NCBI RefSeq assembly: GCF_009914755.1
Contig: NC_060935.1
DNA: 64,000 bases
Source of the DNA: the human T2T-CHM13v2.0 reference genome, Homo sapiens
Direction: 5' to 3' (one strand)
Position numbers and translations under genes: made by a program. Below are positions 1 to 26,375 of the stretch, in pieces. Position 1 is the first letter of the stretch; the number at the start of each line of letters is the position of its first letter. The notes under the pieces were generated by a model. It was not told where the DNA came from. It did no database searches and saw only the letters and a list, made by a program, of their open reading frames with translations.

Positions 1-7366
<7,366 letters not shown>

Positions 7367-10300
7367 GCACTCACAGAGTTTAACGTGTCTTTTGATTGAG
7401 CAGTTTTGAAACAGTCTTTTTGTAGAATCTGCAAGTGGATATTTGGAGCGCTTTGAGGCCTATGGTGGAAAAGCAAATATATTCACATAAAAACTAGAAA
7501 CAAGCATTCTGAGAAACTTCTTTGTGATGTGTACATTCACCTCACAGTGTTGAACCTTTCTTTTGATTGAGCAGTTTGGAAACACCCCTTTTGTAGAATC
7601 TGCAAGTGGATTTTTGGAGCGCTTTGTGGCCTATGGTAGAAAAGGAAATATCTTCTCATAAAAACTGGACAGAAGCATTCACAGAAACTTCTTTGGGATG
7701 TGTGAATTCCACTCAAAGTGTTGAACCTTTCTTTTGATTCAACAGTTGGAAACACACTTTTTGTAGTATCCGCAAATGGATATTTGGAGCACTTTGAGGC
7801 CCATAGCTGAAAAGGAAATATCTTCTCATAAAAACTAGACAGAAGCATTCAGAGAAATTTCTTTGTGATGTGTGCATTCACCTCACAGACTAGAACGTTT
7901 CTTTTGATTGAGCAGTGTTGAAACAATCTTTTTGAATCTTCTGCAAGTGGATATTTGGACAGCTTTGAGGTCTATGGTGGAAAAGGAAATATCTTCACCT
8001 AAAAACTAGACTGAAGCATTCTCAGAAACTTCTTTGGGATGTGTGTGTTCAACTGACAGTGTTGAACTTTTCTTTTGATTGAGCAGATTGGAAACACTCT
8101 TTTTTAGTATCTGCAAATGGATATAAGAGCGCTTTCAGGCCTATAGCTGAGGAGAAAATGTCTTCACATAAAAACTAGAGAGAAGCACTCAGAGAAATTT
8201 GTTTGTAATGTGTACATTCTCTTCACAGTGTTGAACATTTCTTTTCATTGAGCAGCTTGGAAACACTCTTTTTGTAGAATCTGAAGGTGGATATTTGGAG
8301 CACTTTGAGGCCTAGAGCTGAAAAGGAGATACCTTCACATAAAAACTGGAAAGAAGAATTCTGAGAAACTTCTTTGTGATGTTTGCATTCATCTCACAGA
8401 GCTGAAAATTTCTTTTAGTTGAGCTGCTTTGAAACACTCTGTTTTCCAATCTGCAAGTGGATTCAATTCAAAGAATTGAACCTTTCCTTTGATTGACCAG
8501 TTTGGAAACACTCTTTTTGTAGTGTCTGCAAATGGATATTTGCAGCGCTTTGAGGCCTCTTGCTGAAAATGAAATATCCTCACGTAAAACTAGACAGAAG
8601 CATTCTGAGAAACTTCTTTGTGATGTGTGCATTCATCTCACAGAGTTGAAACTTTCTTTTGATTGAGCAGTTTTGAAACACTCTCTTGGTGGAATCTGCA
8701 ATAGGATATTTGGAGCTCTATGAAGCCTATGTTGGAAAAGGAAATATCTTCACATAAAAACTAGACAGAAGCATTCTCAGAAAACACTTAGTGATGTGTG
8801 CATTCATCTCATGGAGAAGAACCTTTCTTTTGATGGAGCAGTTTGGAATCAGTCTTTTTGTAGTATCTACAAAAGGGTATTTGGAGTGCTTTCAGGCCTG
8901 TGGTGGAAAAAGAAATATCTTCACATAAAAACTAAATAAAAGCATTCTGAGAAACTTCTTTTTGATGTGCATATTCCTCTCATAGAGTTGAACCTTTCTT
9001 TCGACTGAGCAGTTTTGAATCACTCTTTTTTTTAATCTGAAAGTGGATATTTTGTTTGCTTGGAAGCCTATGGTGGAAAAGTAAATATCTTCACATAAAA
9101 ACTAGATAGAACATTCTGAGAAACTACTTTGTGATGTGTGCATTCAACTCACAGTGTTGAAACTTTCTTTTGATTGAGCAGTTTGGAAACATTCTTTTTG
9201 TTGTATCTGCAAATGGATATTTGGAGTGATTTGAGGCATATAGCTGAAAAGGAAGTATCTTCACATAAAACTAGACAGAAGCATTCTGAGAAACGTCTTA
9301 GTGATAGATGCATTTATCTCGTAGAGTTGCACCTTTCTTTTAATTAAGCAGTTTTGAAACTCTCTTTTTGAAGAATCTGCAAGTGGATATTTGGAGCGCT
9401 TTAAGGCCTATGGTGGAAAAGGAAATATCTTCACATAGAAACTATACAGAAGCATTCTCAAAAACTTCTTTGGTATGTGTGCATTCAACTCTCATATTTG
9501 AAACTTTCTTCTGATTGAACAGTTTGGAAACACTCTTTTGTAGTATCTGCAAATGGATAATTTCAGCGCTTTGAGGCCTACAGCTGAAATGGAATTATCT
9601 TCACATAAAAAGTAGACAGAAGCATTCTGAGATACTTCTTTGGGATGTGCGCATTTATCTCACAGAGTTGAAACTTTCTATTGATTGACCAGTTTTGAAA
9701 CACTCTTGTTGCAGAATCTGCAAGTGGATATTTGGAGCCCTTTGAGGCCACTGGTGGAAAGCGAGATATCTTCACATAAAAAGTAGACAGAATCATTCTC
9801 AGAAACTTCTTTGTGATGTGTGCATTCAACATAGAGAGTTGAACTTTTCTTTTGATTGAGCAGTTTGGAAACATTATTTCTGTAGTATCTGCAAATGGAT
9901 ATTTGTAGTTCTTCGAGGCCTATAGCTGAAAAGGAAATATCTTCACAAAAAAACTGGACAGAAGCATTCTGAGAAACTTCTTTGTGATGTGTGCATTCAT
10001 CTCACAGAGTAGAAACTTTCTTTTGCTGAACAGTTTTGAAACACTCTTTTTGTAGAATCTGCAAGTGGATATTTGGAGTGCTTTGAGGCCTATGTCAGAA
10101 AAGGAAATATCTTCACATAAAAACTAGACAGAAGCATTCTCAGAAACTTCTTTGTGATCTGTGCATTCAACTCACAGAGTTGAACCTTTCTTTTGACTGA
10201 ACAGTTTGGAAACACTCTTTTTGAAGAAGCTATCAGTGGATATTTGCAGCGCTTTGAGGCCTACTGTGGAAAAGGAAATATCTTCACATAAAAACTATAC

Positions 10301-13300
10301 AGAAGCATTCTCAGAAACTTCTTTGAGATGTGTGCATTTAACTCACAGAGTTGAACCTTTCTCTTGATTGAGCAGTTTGGAAACACTCTTTTTGTAGTAA
10401 ATGCAAATGGATATTTGGAGCACTTTGAGGCCTATAGCTGAAAGGGAAATATCTTCACATAAAAACTGGACAGAAGCATTTGGAGAAACTTCTTTGTGAA
10501 GTGTGCATTCATCTCACAGAGTTGAACTTTTCTCTTGATTGAGCTATTTTGAAACACACTTTTGGTAGAAGATGCAAGTGGATATTTGGAGTGCTTTGAG
10601 GCCTATGTTGGAAAAGGAAATATCTTCACATAAAAACTAGACAGAAGCATTCTCAGAAACTACTATGTGATGTGTGCATTCGACTCAGAGAGTTGAACCT
10701 TTCTTTTGATAGGGCGGTTTTGAAACACTCTTTTTATAGAATCTGCAAGTGGATATTTGTAAAACTTTGAGGCCTGTGTTGCAAAAGGAATTATCTTCAT
10801 TTAAAAACTAGACAGAAGCATTGTCAGAGACTTCTTCGTGATGTGTGCATTCAACTCACAGAGTTGAACTTTTCTTTTGATTGAACCATTTGGAAACACT
10901 CTTTTTGTAGTATCTGCAAATGGAATTTTGAATGCTTTTAGGCCTATAGTTGAAAAGGAAATATCGTCACATAAAAACTAGACAGAAGCATTCTGAGAAA
11001 CTACTTTGTAATGTGTGCATTCATCCCTCAGAGTTGAACCTTTCTTTTGATTCAGCAGTTTTTAAACACTCCTTTTGTAGACTCTGCAAATGGATATTTA
11101 GAGTGCTTTGAGGCCTGTGGTGGAAAAGGAAATATCTTCACATAAAAACTAGATAGAAGCATTCTCAGAAAATTCTCTGTGATGTGTGCTTTCCTTTCAC
11201 AGAGTTGAATCTTTCTTTTGATTGAGCCATTTGGAAACTCTCTTTTTGTACTATCTGCAAATGGATATTTTGTTCACTTTGAGGCGTATAGTTGAAAAGA
11301 AAATATCTTCACATAAAAACGACACAGAAGCATTCTCAGACACTTGTTTGTTTTGTGTGCATTCATCTCACCGAGTTGAGCCTGTCATTGATTGAGCAGT
11401 TTTGAAACACTGTTTTTGTAGAAGCTGCAAGTGGATATTTGGAGTGCTTTGAGGCCTATGGTGGGAAAGGAAATATCTTCACATAAAAACTAGACAGAAG
11501 CATTCTGAGGAACTTCTTTGTGATATGTGCATTCAATTCACAGAGTTGAACTTTTCTTTTGATTGAGCACTTTGGAAACACTCTTTTTGTAGCATCTGCA
11601 AACAGATATTTGGAGCGCTTTGAGGCCTATAGTTGAAAGGGAAATATCTTCACATAAAAACTAGACAGAAGCATTCGGAGAAACTTCTTTGTGATGTGTG
11701 CATTCATCTCACAGAGTTGAAACTTTCTTTTCTTTGAGTAGTTTTGAAACTCTCTTTTTGTGGAATCTGCAACTGGATGATTGGAGTGCTTTGAGGCCTA
11801 TGTTGGAAAAGGAAATATCATCACATAAAAACTAGTCAGAATCATTCTCAGAAAATTATTTGTAATGTGTGCATTCAACTCACAGAACTGAGCTATTCTT
11901 TCAACTAAGTTGTTTGGAAACACTCTTTTAGTAGTATCTGCAAATGGATATTAGAAGCGCTTTGAGGCCTATAGTTGAAAAGGAAATATCTTCATATAAA
12001 CACTAGACAGAAGTATTCTGAGAAACTTCCTTGTGATGTCTGCATTCATCTCACAGAGTTGAACCCTTCTTTTGATTGAGCAGTTTTGAAACACTATTTT
12101 TTTAGAATACGCATATGGATATTTGGAGCGCTTTGAGTCCTATGGTGGAAAAGGAAATATCTTTACATTAAAAATTAGACAGAATCATTCTCAGAAATTA
12201 ATTTGTGATGTGTGCATTCAACACACAGAGTTGAACCTTCCCTTGGATTGAGTAGTTTGAAAACACTGTTTTAATAGAATCTGCAAGTGGATATTAGGAG
12301 TGCTTTGAGGCCTATAGTTGAAAAGGAAATATCTTCACATAAACACCAGACAGAAGCAATCTAAGATACTTCTTTGTGTTGTGTGCATTCATCTCACAGA
12401 TTTGAACCTTTCTTTTGATTGAGCAGATTTGAAACACTGTTTTTGTAGAATCCGCAAGTGGTTATTTGGAGAGGTTTGAAGACTATGGTGGAAAAGGAAC
12501 TACCTTCACATAAAAACTAGACAGAAGCATTCTCAGAAAACTTCTTTGTGATGTGTGAATTCAACTCACAGAGTTGAACCTTTCTTTTAATTGAGCAATT
12601 TGGATACACTCTTTTTGTAATGTCTGCAAATGGATATGTGGAACGCTTTGAGGCCTATAGTTGAAAAGTAAATGTTTTCACATAATAACTAGACAGAAGC
12701 ATTCTGAGAAACTTCTTTGTAATGTGTGCATTCATCTCACAGAGTTGAAACGTTCTTTGGTTTTCGCAGCTTTCAAACACTCTTTTTGTGGAATCTGCAA
12801 GTGGATAATTGCAGTGGTTTGAGGCCTATCATGGAAAAGGAAATATCTTCACATAAATGTTAGACAGAAGCATTCTCAGAAAATTATTTGTGAAGTGTGC
12901 ATTTACCTCACAGAGTTGAACCTTTCTTTTGTTTGAGCAGTTTTGAAACTCTTTTTTTGTGGAATCTGCAAGTGGATAATTTTAACGCTTTGAGGCCTAT
13001 GGTGGAAAAGGAATTCTCTTCATATAAAAACTAGACAGAAGCATTCTGAGAAATTCCTTTGTGATGTGTGCATTCGTCTCACAGAGTTGAACACTTGTTT
13101 TGATTGAGCAGTTTTGAAACATTCGTTTTGCAGAATCTGCAAGTGGATATTTGGAGCGCTTTGAAGCCTAAGGTGGAACAGGAAACAACTTCACACAAAA
13201 ATTAGACAGAAGCAGTCTCAAAAAATTCTTTGTGATGCATGCATTCAACTAACAGAGTTGTACCTTTCTTTTGATTGAGCAGTTTGGTAACACTCTTTGT

Positions 13301-16300
13301 AGTATCTGCAAATGTAAATTTGAAGCGCTTTGAGGCCTTTAGCTGAAAAGGGAATATCTTCACATAAAAACTAGACAGAAACATTGTCAGAAAACTCTTC
13401 CCATTGTGTGCATTCAACACACAGATTTGAACCTTTCTTGTGATTGAGCCCTTTGGAGACACTCTTTTTGTAATATCTGCAAATGGATATTTTGATCGCT
13501 TTGAGGGTTGAAGTTGAAAAGCAAATATCTTCACATAAAAACTAGACAGAAGAATTCTGAGAAAATTTTTGTGATGTGTGCATTCATCTCACAGAGTTGA
13601 ACCTTTCTTTTGATTGAGCAGTTTTGAAAAACTCGTTTTGTAGAATCTGCAAGTGGATATTTGGCACGCTTTGTGGCCTATGGTGTAAAAGGAAATATCT
13701 TCACATAAAAACCAGACAGATGCATTCTCAAAGGCTTCTTTGTGATTTGGGAATTCAACTCACAGAGTTGAACCTTTCTTTTGATAGAGCAGTTTGGAAA
13801 CACGTTTTTTGTAGTTTCTGAAAATGGATATTTTCAGCACTTTTAGGCCTACAGTTGAAAAAGAAATATCTTCACATAAAAACTAGAAGGAAGCATTCTG
13901 AGAAACTACTTTGTAATGTGTGCAGTCATCCCACAGAGTTGAACCTTTATTTTGATTGAGCAGTTTTTAAACACTCCTTTTGTAGACTCTGCAAGTGGAT
14001 ATTTTGAGCGCTTTGAGGCCTATGGTGGAAAAGGAAATATCATCACATAAAAACTAGACAGAAGCATTCTCAGAAACTTCTTTGTGGCGTGTGCATTCAA
14101 TTCACAGAGTTGAACCTTTCTTTTGATTGAGCAGTTTGGAAACACTCTTTTTGTAGTAACTGCAAAAGGATATTTGGAGCATTTTGAGGCCTATAGCTGA
14201 AAAGGAAATATCTTCATATAAAAACTAGACAGAAGCATTCAGAGAAACTTCATTGTGATGTGTGCATTCATCTCTCAGGGTTGAAACTTTCTTTTGATTG
14301 AGCAGTTTTGAAACACTCTTTTTGTGGAATCTGCAAGTGGATATTTGGAGTGCTTTGAGGCCTCTGGTGGAAAAGGAAATATCTTCACATAAAAACTAGA
14401 CAGAAACATTCTCAGAAACTTCTTTGAGATGTGTGCATTTAACTCACAGAGTTGAACCTTTCTCTTGATTGAGCAGTTTGGAAACACTCTTTTTGTAGTA
14501 ACTGCAAGTGGATATTTGGAGCGCTTTGAGGCCTACAGCTGAAAAGGAAATATCTTCACATAAAAACTAGACAGAAGCATTCATAGAAATTTCTTTGTGA
14601 TGTGTTAGTTCATCTCCCTGAGTTGAACCTTTCTTTTGATTGAGCAGTTTTGAAACATTCTTTTTGTGGAATCTGAGAGTGGATATTTGGAGTGCTTTGA
14701 GGCCTATGGTGGAAAAGGAAATATCTTCACATAAAAACTAGACAGAAGAATTCTCAGAAACTTCTTTGCGATTTTTGCATTCAACTCACAGAGTTGAACC
14801 TTTCATTTGATTGAGCAGTTTGGAAACAGTCTTTTTATAGTATCTGCCAATGGATATTTGGAGTGCTTTCAGGCCTATAGCTGAAAACAAATTATCTTCA
14901 CAAAAAAACTAGACAGAAGCATTCTTAGAAACATCTTCGTGATGTGTGCATTCATCTCACAGAGATGAATATTTCTTTTGTTTGAGCAGTTTGGAAAGAG
15001 TCTTTTTGTACTAACTGTAAATGGATATTTGAGCGCTTTGAGGCTTATAGCTGAAAAGAAAATATCTTCACATAAAAACTAGACAGAAGCATTCAGAGAA
15101 ACTTCTTTGTGATGTGTGAATTCACCTCACAGAGTTGAAACTTTCTTTTGATTGAGCAGTTTTGAAACACCCTTTTTGTAGAATCTGCAAGTGGATATTT
15201 GCAGTGATTTGAGGCCTATGGTGGAAAAAGAAATATATTCACATAAAACTGGATGGAAGCATTCTCAGAAACTACTTTGTGATGTGGGCATTCAACCCAC
15301 AGGGTTGAACCTTCCTTTTGATTGAGCAGTTTGGAAACACTCTTTTTGTAGAATCAACAAATGCATATTTGGAGCACTTTTAGGACTATAGCTGAAAAGG
15401 AAATATCTTCACATCAAAACTAGACAGAAGCATTCTGATAAACTTCTTTGTGAAGTACCCATTTGTCTCACAGAGTTGAACCTTTCTTTTGATTGAGCAG
15501 TTTTGAAACACTCTTTTTGTGGAATCTGCAAGTGGATATTTGGAGTGCTTTGAGACCTATGGTGAAAAAGGTAATATCTTCACCAAAAAACTAGACAGAA
15601 GCATTCTCAGAAACTTTTAATGATACATACATTCAACTCACAGAGTTGAACTTTTCTTTTGATTGCGTAGTTTGGAAACACTCTTTTTGTAGTATCTGCA
15701 AATGGTTATTTGGAGCACTTTGTGGTCTAGGTCTATAGCTGAAAAGGAAATATCTTCCTATAAAAAATAGACAGAAGCATTCAAAGAAATACTTTGTGAT
15801 ATGAGCATTCATCTCACAGATTTGAACCTTACTTTTGATTGAGCACTTTGAAACACTCTTTTTGTAGAATATGCAAATGGATATTTGGAGTGCTTTGAGG
15901 CCTATGGTGGAAAAGGAAATATCTTCACATAAAAACTAGACAGAAGCATTCTCAGTAGCTCCTTCATGATGTGTGCATTCATCTCACAGATTTGAAACTT
16001 TCGTTGGATTGAGCATTTTTGAAATACTCTTTTTGAAGGATTTGCAAGTGTATATTTTGAGTGCTTTGAGGCCTGTGGTAGAAAAGGTAATATCTTCACA
16101 GAGAAACTAGACTGAACGTTTATCAGAAACTTCTTTGTGCCTTCAACTCACAGAGTTGAAACTTTCTTTTGATTGAGCAGTTTGGAAACACTCTTTTTGT
16201 AGTAAGTGCAAATGGATAATTGGAGCACATTGAGGCCTGCTGCTGAAAAGAAAATATCTTCACATAAAAACTAGACAGAAGCATTCAGAGAAACTTCTTT

Positions 16301-18074
16301 GTGATGTGTTCATTAAACTGACAGAGTTGAACATTTCTTTTGATTGAGCAGTTTTGAAACACTCTTTTTGTGGAATCTGCAAGTGGATATTTGGAGTGCT
16401 TTGAGGCCTCTGGTGGAAAAGGAAATATCTTCACATAAAAACTAGACAGAAGCATTCTCAGAAACTTCTTTGAGATGTGTGCATTTAACTCACAGAGTTG
16501 AACCTTTCTCTTGATTGAGCAGTTTGGAAACACTGTTTTGTAGCAACCGCAAATGGATATTTGGAGTGCTTTTAGTCCTATGGTGGAAAAGGAAATATCT
16601 TCACATAAAAATTATACAGCAGCATTCTGTGAAACTTCTTTGTGATGTGTGCATTCGTCTTACAGAGTTGAATCTTTCTTTTGATTGAGCAGTTTTGAAA
16701 CACTCTTTTTGTAGAATCTGCAAGTGGACATTTGGAGCGCTTTGAGGCCTATGGTGGAAAAGGAAATATTTTCATATAAAAACTACAATGAAGCATTCTC
16801 AGAAAATTTTTTGTGATGTGTGCTTTCAACTCACAGACCTGAACCATTCTTTTGATTGAGCAGTTTTGAAACACTCCTTTTGTAGTATCTGCACATGGAT
16901 ATTTGGAGTGCTTTGAGGCCTATAGTTCAAAAGGAAATATCTTCACATAAAAACTAGACAGAAGCATTCTCAGAAACTTCTTTGTGATGTGTGCATTCAA
17001 CTCACAGAGTTGAATCTTTCTTTTATTAAGCAGTTTGGAAACACTCTTTTTGTAGTATCTGCAAATGGATATTTAGAGTGCCTTGAGGGATATGGTGGAA
17101 AAGGAAATATCTTCACATAAAAACTAGACAGAAGCATTCTCAGAAACTTCTTTGTGATGTGTACATTCAACTCACAGAGCTGAATCTTTCTTTTGATTGA
17201 ACAGTTTTGAAACACTCTTTTTGTAGAATCTGCAAGTGGATATTTGGAGCGTCAGGATGCCTATGGTGGGAAAGGAAATATCTTCACATAGAAACTAGAC
17301 AGAAGCATTCTCAGAAACTTCTTTAAGATGCGGGCATTCATCTCACAGAGTTGAAACTTTCTTTTTATTGTGCCATTTGGTAACACTCTTTTTGTAGTAT
17401 CTGCACTTGATATTTGGAGCACTTTGGGGCCTATGGTGGAAGAGGAAGTATCTTCACATAAAAACTAGACAGAAGCATTCTGAGAAATGCCTTTGTGATG
17501 TGTGCGTTTGTCTCACACAGTTGAACCTTTGTTTTCACTGAGAAGTTTTGAAACACTTTTTGTAGAATCTGCGAGTGGATACTTGGAGCGCTTTGAGGCC
17601 TATGGTGGAAAAGGAAATAACTTCACATAAAAAGTAGATAGAAGCATTCTGAGAAACTTGTTTGTGATGTGTGAATTCATGTCACAGAGTTGAATCTTTC
17701 TTTTGATTGAGCAGTTTTGAAACACTCTTTTTGAAGAATCTGCAAGTGGATATATGGAGCGCTTTGAGGCTTATGGTGGAAAATGAAATATTTTCACAAA
17801 AAAACTAAACAGAAGCATTCTCAGAAACTACTTTGTGATTTGTACACTCAACACACGGAGTTGAACCCTTCTTTTGATTGAGCAGTTTGGAAACACTCTT
17901 TTTGTAGTATCTGCAAATGGATATTTGATGTGCTTTAAGGCCTATTGTGGAAAACGAAATGTAGCTGAAAAAAAAATCTGCACATAAATGCTAGACAGAA
18001 GCATTCTGAGAATTTTCTTTGTGATGTGTCCATTCATCTCACAGAGTTGAACCTTTCTTTTGATTGAGCAGTTT
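7367..18074 (+). repeat. Divergent alpha satellite, block B, inverted relative to blocks A and C (~63 monomers)
   Basis: Monomers read CATTCTCAGAAACTTCTTTGTGATGTGTGCATTCA.CTCACAGAGTTGAAC..., the reverse complement of block A. The same two monomer types are present (GGCCTATGGTGGAAAAGG and GGCCTATAGCTGAAAAGG). Confidence 0.98.
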
Positions 18075-18077
18075 ACC

Positions 18078-18113
18078 TTTTTTTATTTTATTTTATTTTT
18101 ATTTATTATTATT
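18078..18113 (-). repeat. Degenerate poly(A) tail of the host L1 (TTTTA/TTA microsatellite on +)
   Basis: TTTTTTTATTTTATTTTATTTTTATTTATTATTATT directly abuts the L1 3' end (ACACTTTAAATTTTAGG). Confidence 0.9.
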
Positions 18114-18315
18114 ACACTTTAAATTTTAGGTTGCATGTGTACAATATGCAGGTTAGTTACATATGTATACATATGCCATGCTGGTGTGCTGCACCCATTA
18201 ACTTGTCATTTAGCTTTAGGTCTATCTCCTAATGCTATTCTTTCCCCCTCCGCCCAACCCACAACAGTCCCCAGAGTGTAATGTTCCCCTTCCTGTGTCC
18301 ATGTGTTCTCATTGT

Positions 18316-22130
<3,815 letters not shown>

Positions 22131-22354
22131 TATGACGTTAGCTGGTTATTTTGCTCATTAGTTGATGTAGTTTCTTCCTAGCCTTCATGGTCTTTACAAT
22201 TTGGCATGATTTTGCAGCAGCTGGTACTGGTTGTTCCTTTCCATGTTTAGTGCTTCCTTCAGGAGCTCTTTAAGGGCAGGCATGGTGTTGACAAAATCTC
22301 TCAGCATTTGCTTGTCTGTAAAGGATTTTATTTCTCCTTCACTTACGAAGCTTA

Positions 22355-24511
<2,157 letters not shown>

Positions 24512-24526
24512 GAAAATTCTTTTCTT
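24512..24526 (+). repeat. Target-site duplication, right copy (GAAAATTCTTTTCTT)
   Basis: Follows the second poly(A) tail; identical to 22382-22396. Confidence 0.93.
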
Positions 24527-25336
24527 TAAGAAGGTTGAATATTGGCCCCTACTCCTTTCCGGCTTGTAGAGTTTCTGCCAAGGATCTGCTTAGTCTGATG
24601 AATTTCCCTTTGTGGGTAACCCGACCTTTCTCTCTGGTTGCCCTTAATATTTTTCCTTCATTTCAACTTTGGTGAATCTGACAATTATGTGTCTTGGAGT
24701 TGCTCTTCTCAAGGAGTATCTTTGTGGCATTCTCTGTGTTTCCTGAATCTGAATGATGGCTTGCCATGCTAAATTGAGGAAGTTCTCCTGGATAATTTCC
24801 TGCAGAGTGTTTTCCAACTTGGTTCCATTCTCCCCGTCACTTTCAGGTACACCAATCAGTCGTAGATTTGGTCTTTTCACATAGTCCCATATTTCTTGGA
24901 GGCTTTCTTCATTTCTTTTTATTCTTTTTTCTCTAAACTTCCTTTCTTGCTTCATTTCATTCATTTCATCTTCCATCACTGATACCCTTTCCTCCAGTTG
25001 ATTGCATTGGCTGTTGAGGTTCTGCCTTCTTTACGTACTTTTGAGCCTTGCATTTCAGCTCCATCAGCTCCTTTAAGCACTTCTCTCTATTGGTTATTCT
25101 AGCTCTACATTCGTCTATTTTTTTTTTTCAAATTTTTTAACTTCTTTGCCTTTGGTTTGAATTTCCTCCTGTAGCTCAGAGTAGTTTGATCGTCTGAAGC
25201 CTTCTTCTCTCAACTCATCAAAGTCATTTTTTGTCCAGCTTTTTTCCATTGCTGGTGAGGAGCTGCATTCCTTTGGAGGAGGAGAGGTGCTCTGCGTTTT
25301 AGAGTTTCCAGTTTTTCTACTCTGTTTTTTCCCCAT

Positions 25337-26366
25337 CTTTGTGGTTTTATCTACTTTTGGTCTTTGACGATGGTGATGTACAGATGTGTTTTTGTTGTTG
25401 ATGTCCTTTCTGTTTGTTAGTTTTCCTTCTAAAAGACAGGACCCTCAGCTGCAGGTCTGTTGGAGTTTTCTACAGGTCCACTCTTGACCCTGTTTGCCTG
25501 GGTATCAGCAGTCTTGACTGCAGAACAGTGTACTTTTGTGAACCGCGAATGCTGCAGTCTGATCGTTCCTCTGGAAGTTTTGTCTCAGAGGAGTGCCTGG
25601 CCGTGTGAGGTATCACTCTGCCCCTACTGTGGGGTGCTTCCCAGTTTGGCTGCTTGGGGATCAGGGGTCAGACACCAACTTGAGGACGCAGCCTGCCCGT
25701 TCTCAGATCTCCAGCTGTATAGTGGGAGAAGCACTGCTCTCTTCAATGCTGTCAGATAGGGACATTTAAGTCTATAGAGGTTACTGCTGTCTTTTTGATT
25801 GTCTGTGCCCTGTCCCCAGAGGTGAAGCCTACAGAGGCAGGCAGGCCTCCTTGAGCTGTGGTGGGCTCCACCCAGTTCGAGGTTCCAGGCTGCTTTGTTT
25901 TCCTAAGCAAGCCTGGGAAATGGTGGGCGTCCCTCCCCAAGCCTCACTGCCATCTTGCAGTTTGATATCAGACTGCTGTGCTAGCAATCAGTGAGACTCC
26001 ATGGGCATAGGACCCTCTGAGCTATGTATGGGATATAATCTCCTGGTGTGAAGTATTTTAAGCCCATCAGAAAAGTGCAGTATTAGAGTGGGAGTGACCC
26101 GATTTTCCAGGTGCTTTCTGCTACCCCTTTCTTTGACTAGGAAAGGTAACTCCATGACCCCCTGTGCTTCCTGAATGAGGCAATGCCTCGCCCTGCTTCA
26201 GCTCACGCACGATGCACTGCACCCACTGTCCTGCACTCACTGTCTGGAAATCCCTAGTGAGAGGAACCCAGTACCTCAGATGGAAATGCAGAAATAACCC
26301 AACTTCTGGGTCCCTTGCACTGGGAGCTATAGACTGGAGATGTTCCTATTCGGCCATCTTAGCTCC
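25337..26366 (-). promoter_or_regulatory. L1 5'UTR internal promoter (CpG-decayed), YY1 core at 26351-26360
   Basis: CGGCCATCTT is the reverse complement of the YY1 motif AAGATGGCCG at the L1 5' end. The region is GC-richer than its surroundings and shows many CpG>TpG/CpA changes. Activity is unknown. Confidence 0.8.
25920..26136 (+). pseudogene. ORF0: L1 antisense ORF0 remnant with a premature stop
   Basis: ATG at 25920 translates MVGVPPQASLPSCSLISDCCASNQ* (TGA at 25992-25994). This resembles the recalled ORF0p start MAGAPPPASLPPCSLISDCCASNQR; the stop fits CGA>TGA decay. Confidence 0.75.
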
Positions 26367-26375
26367 AACCAACTA

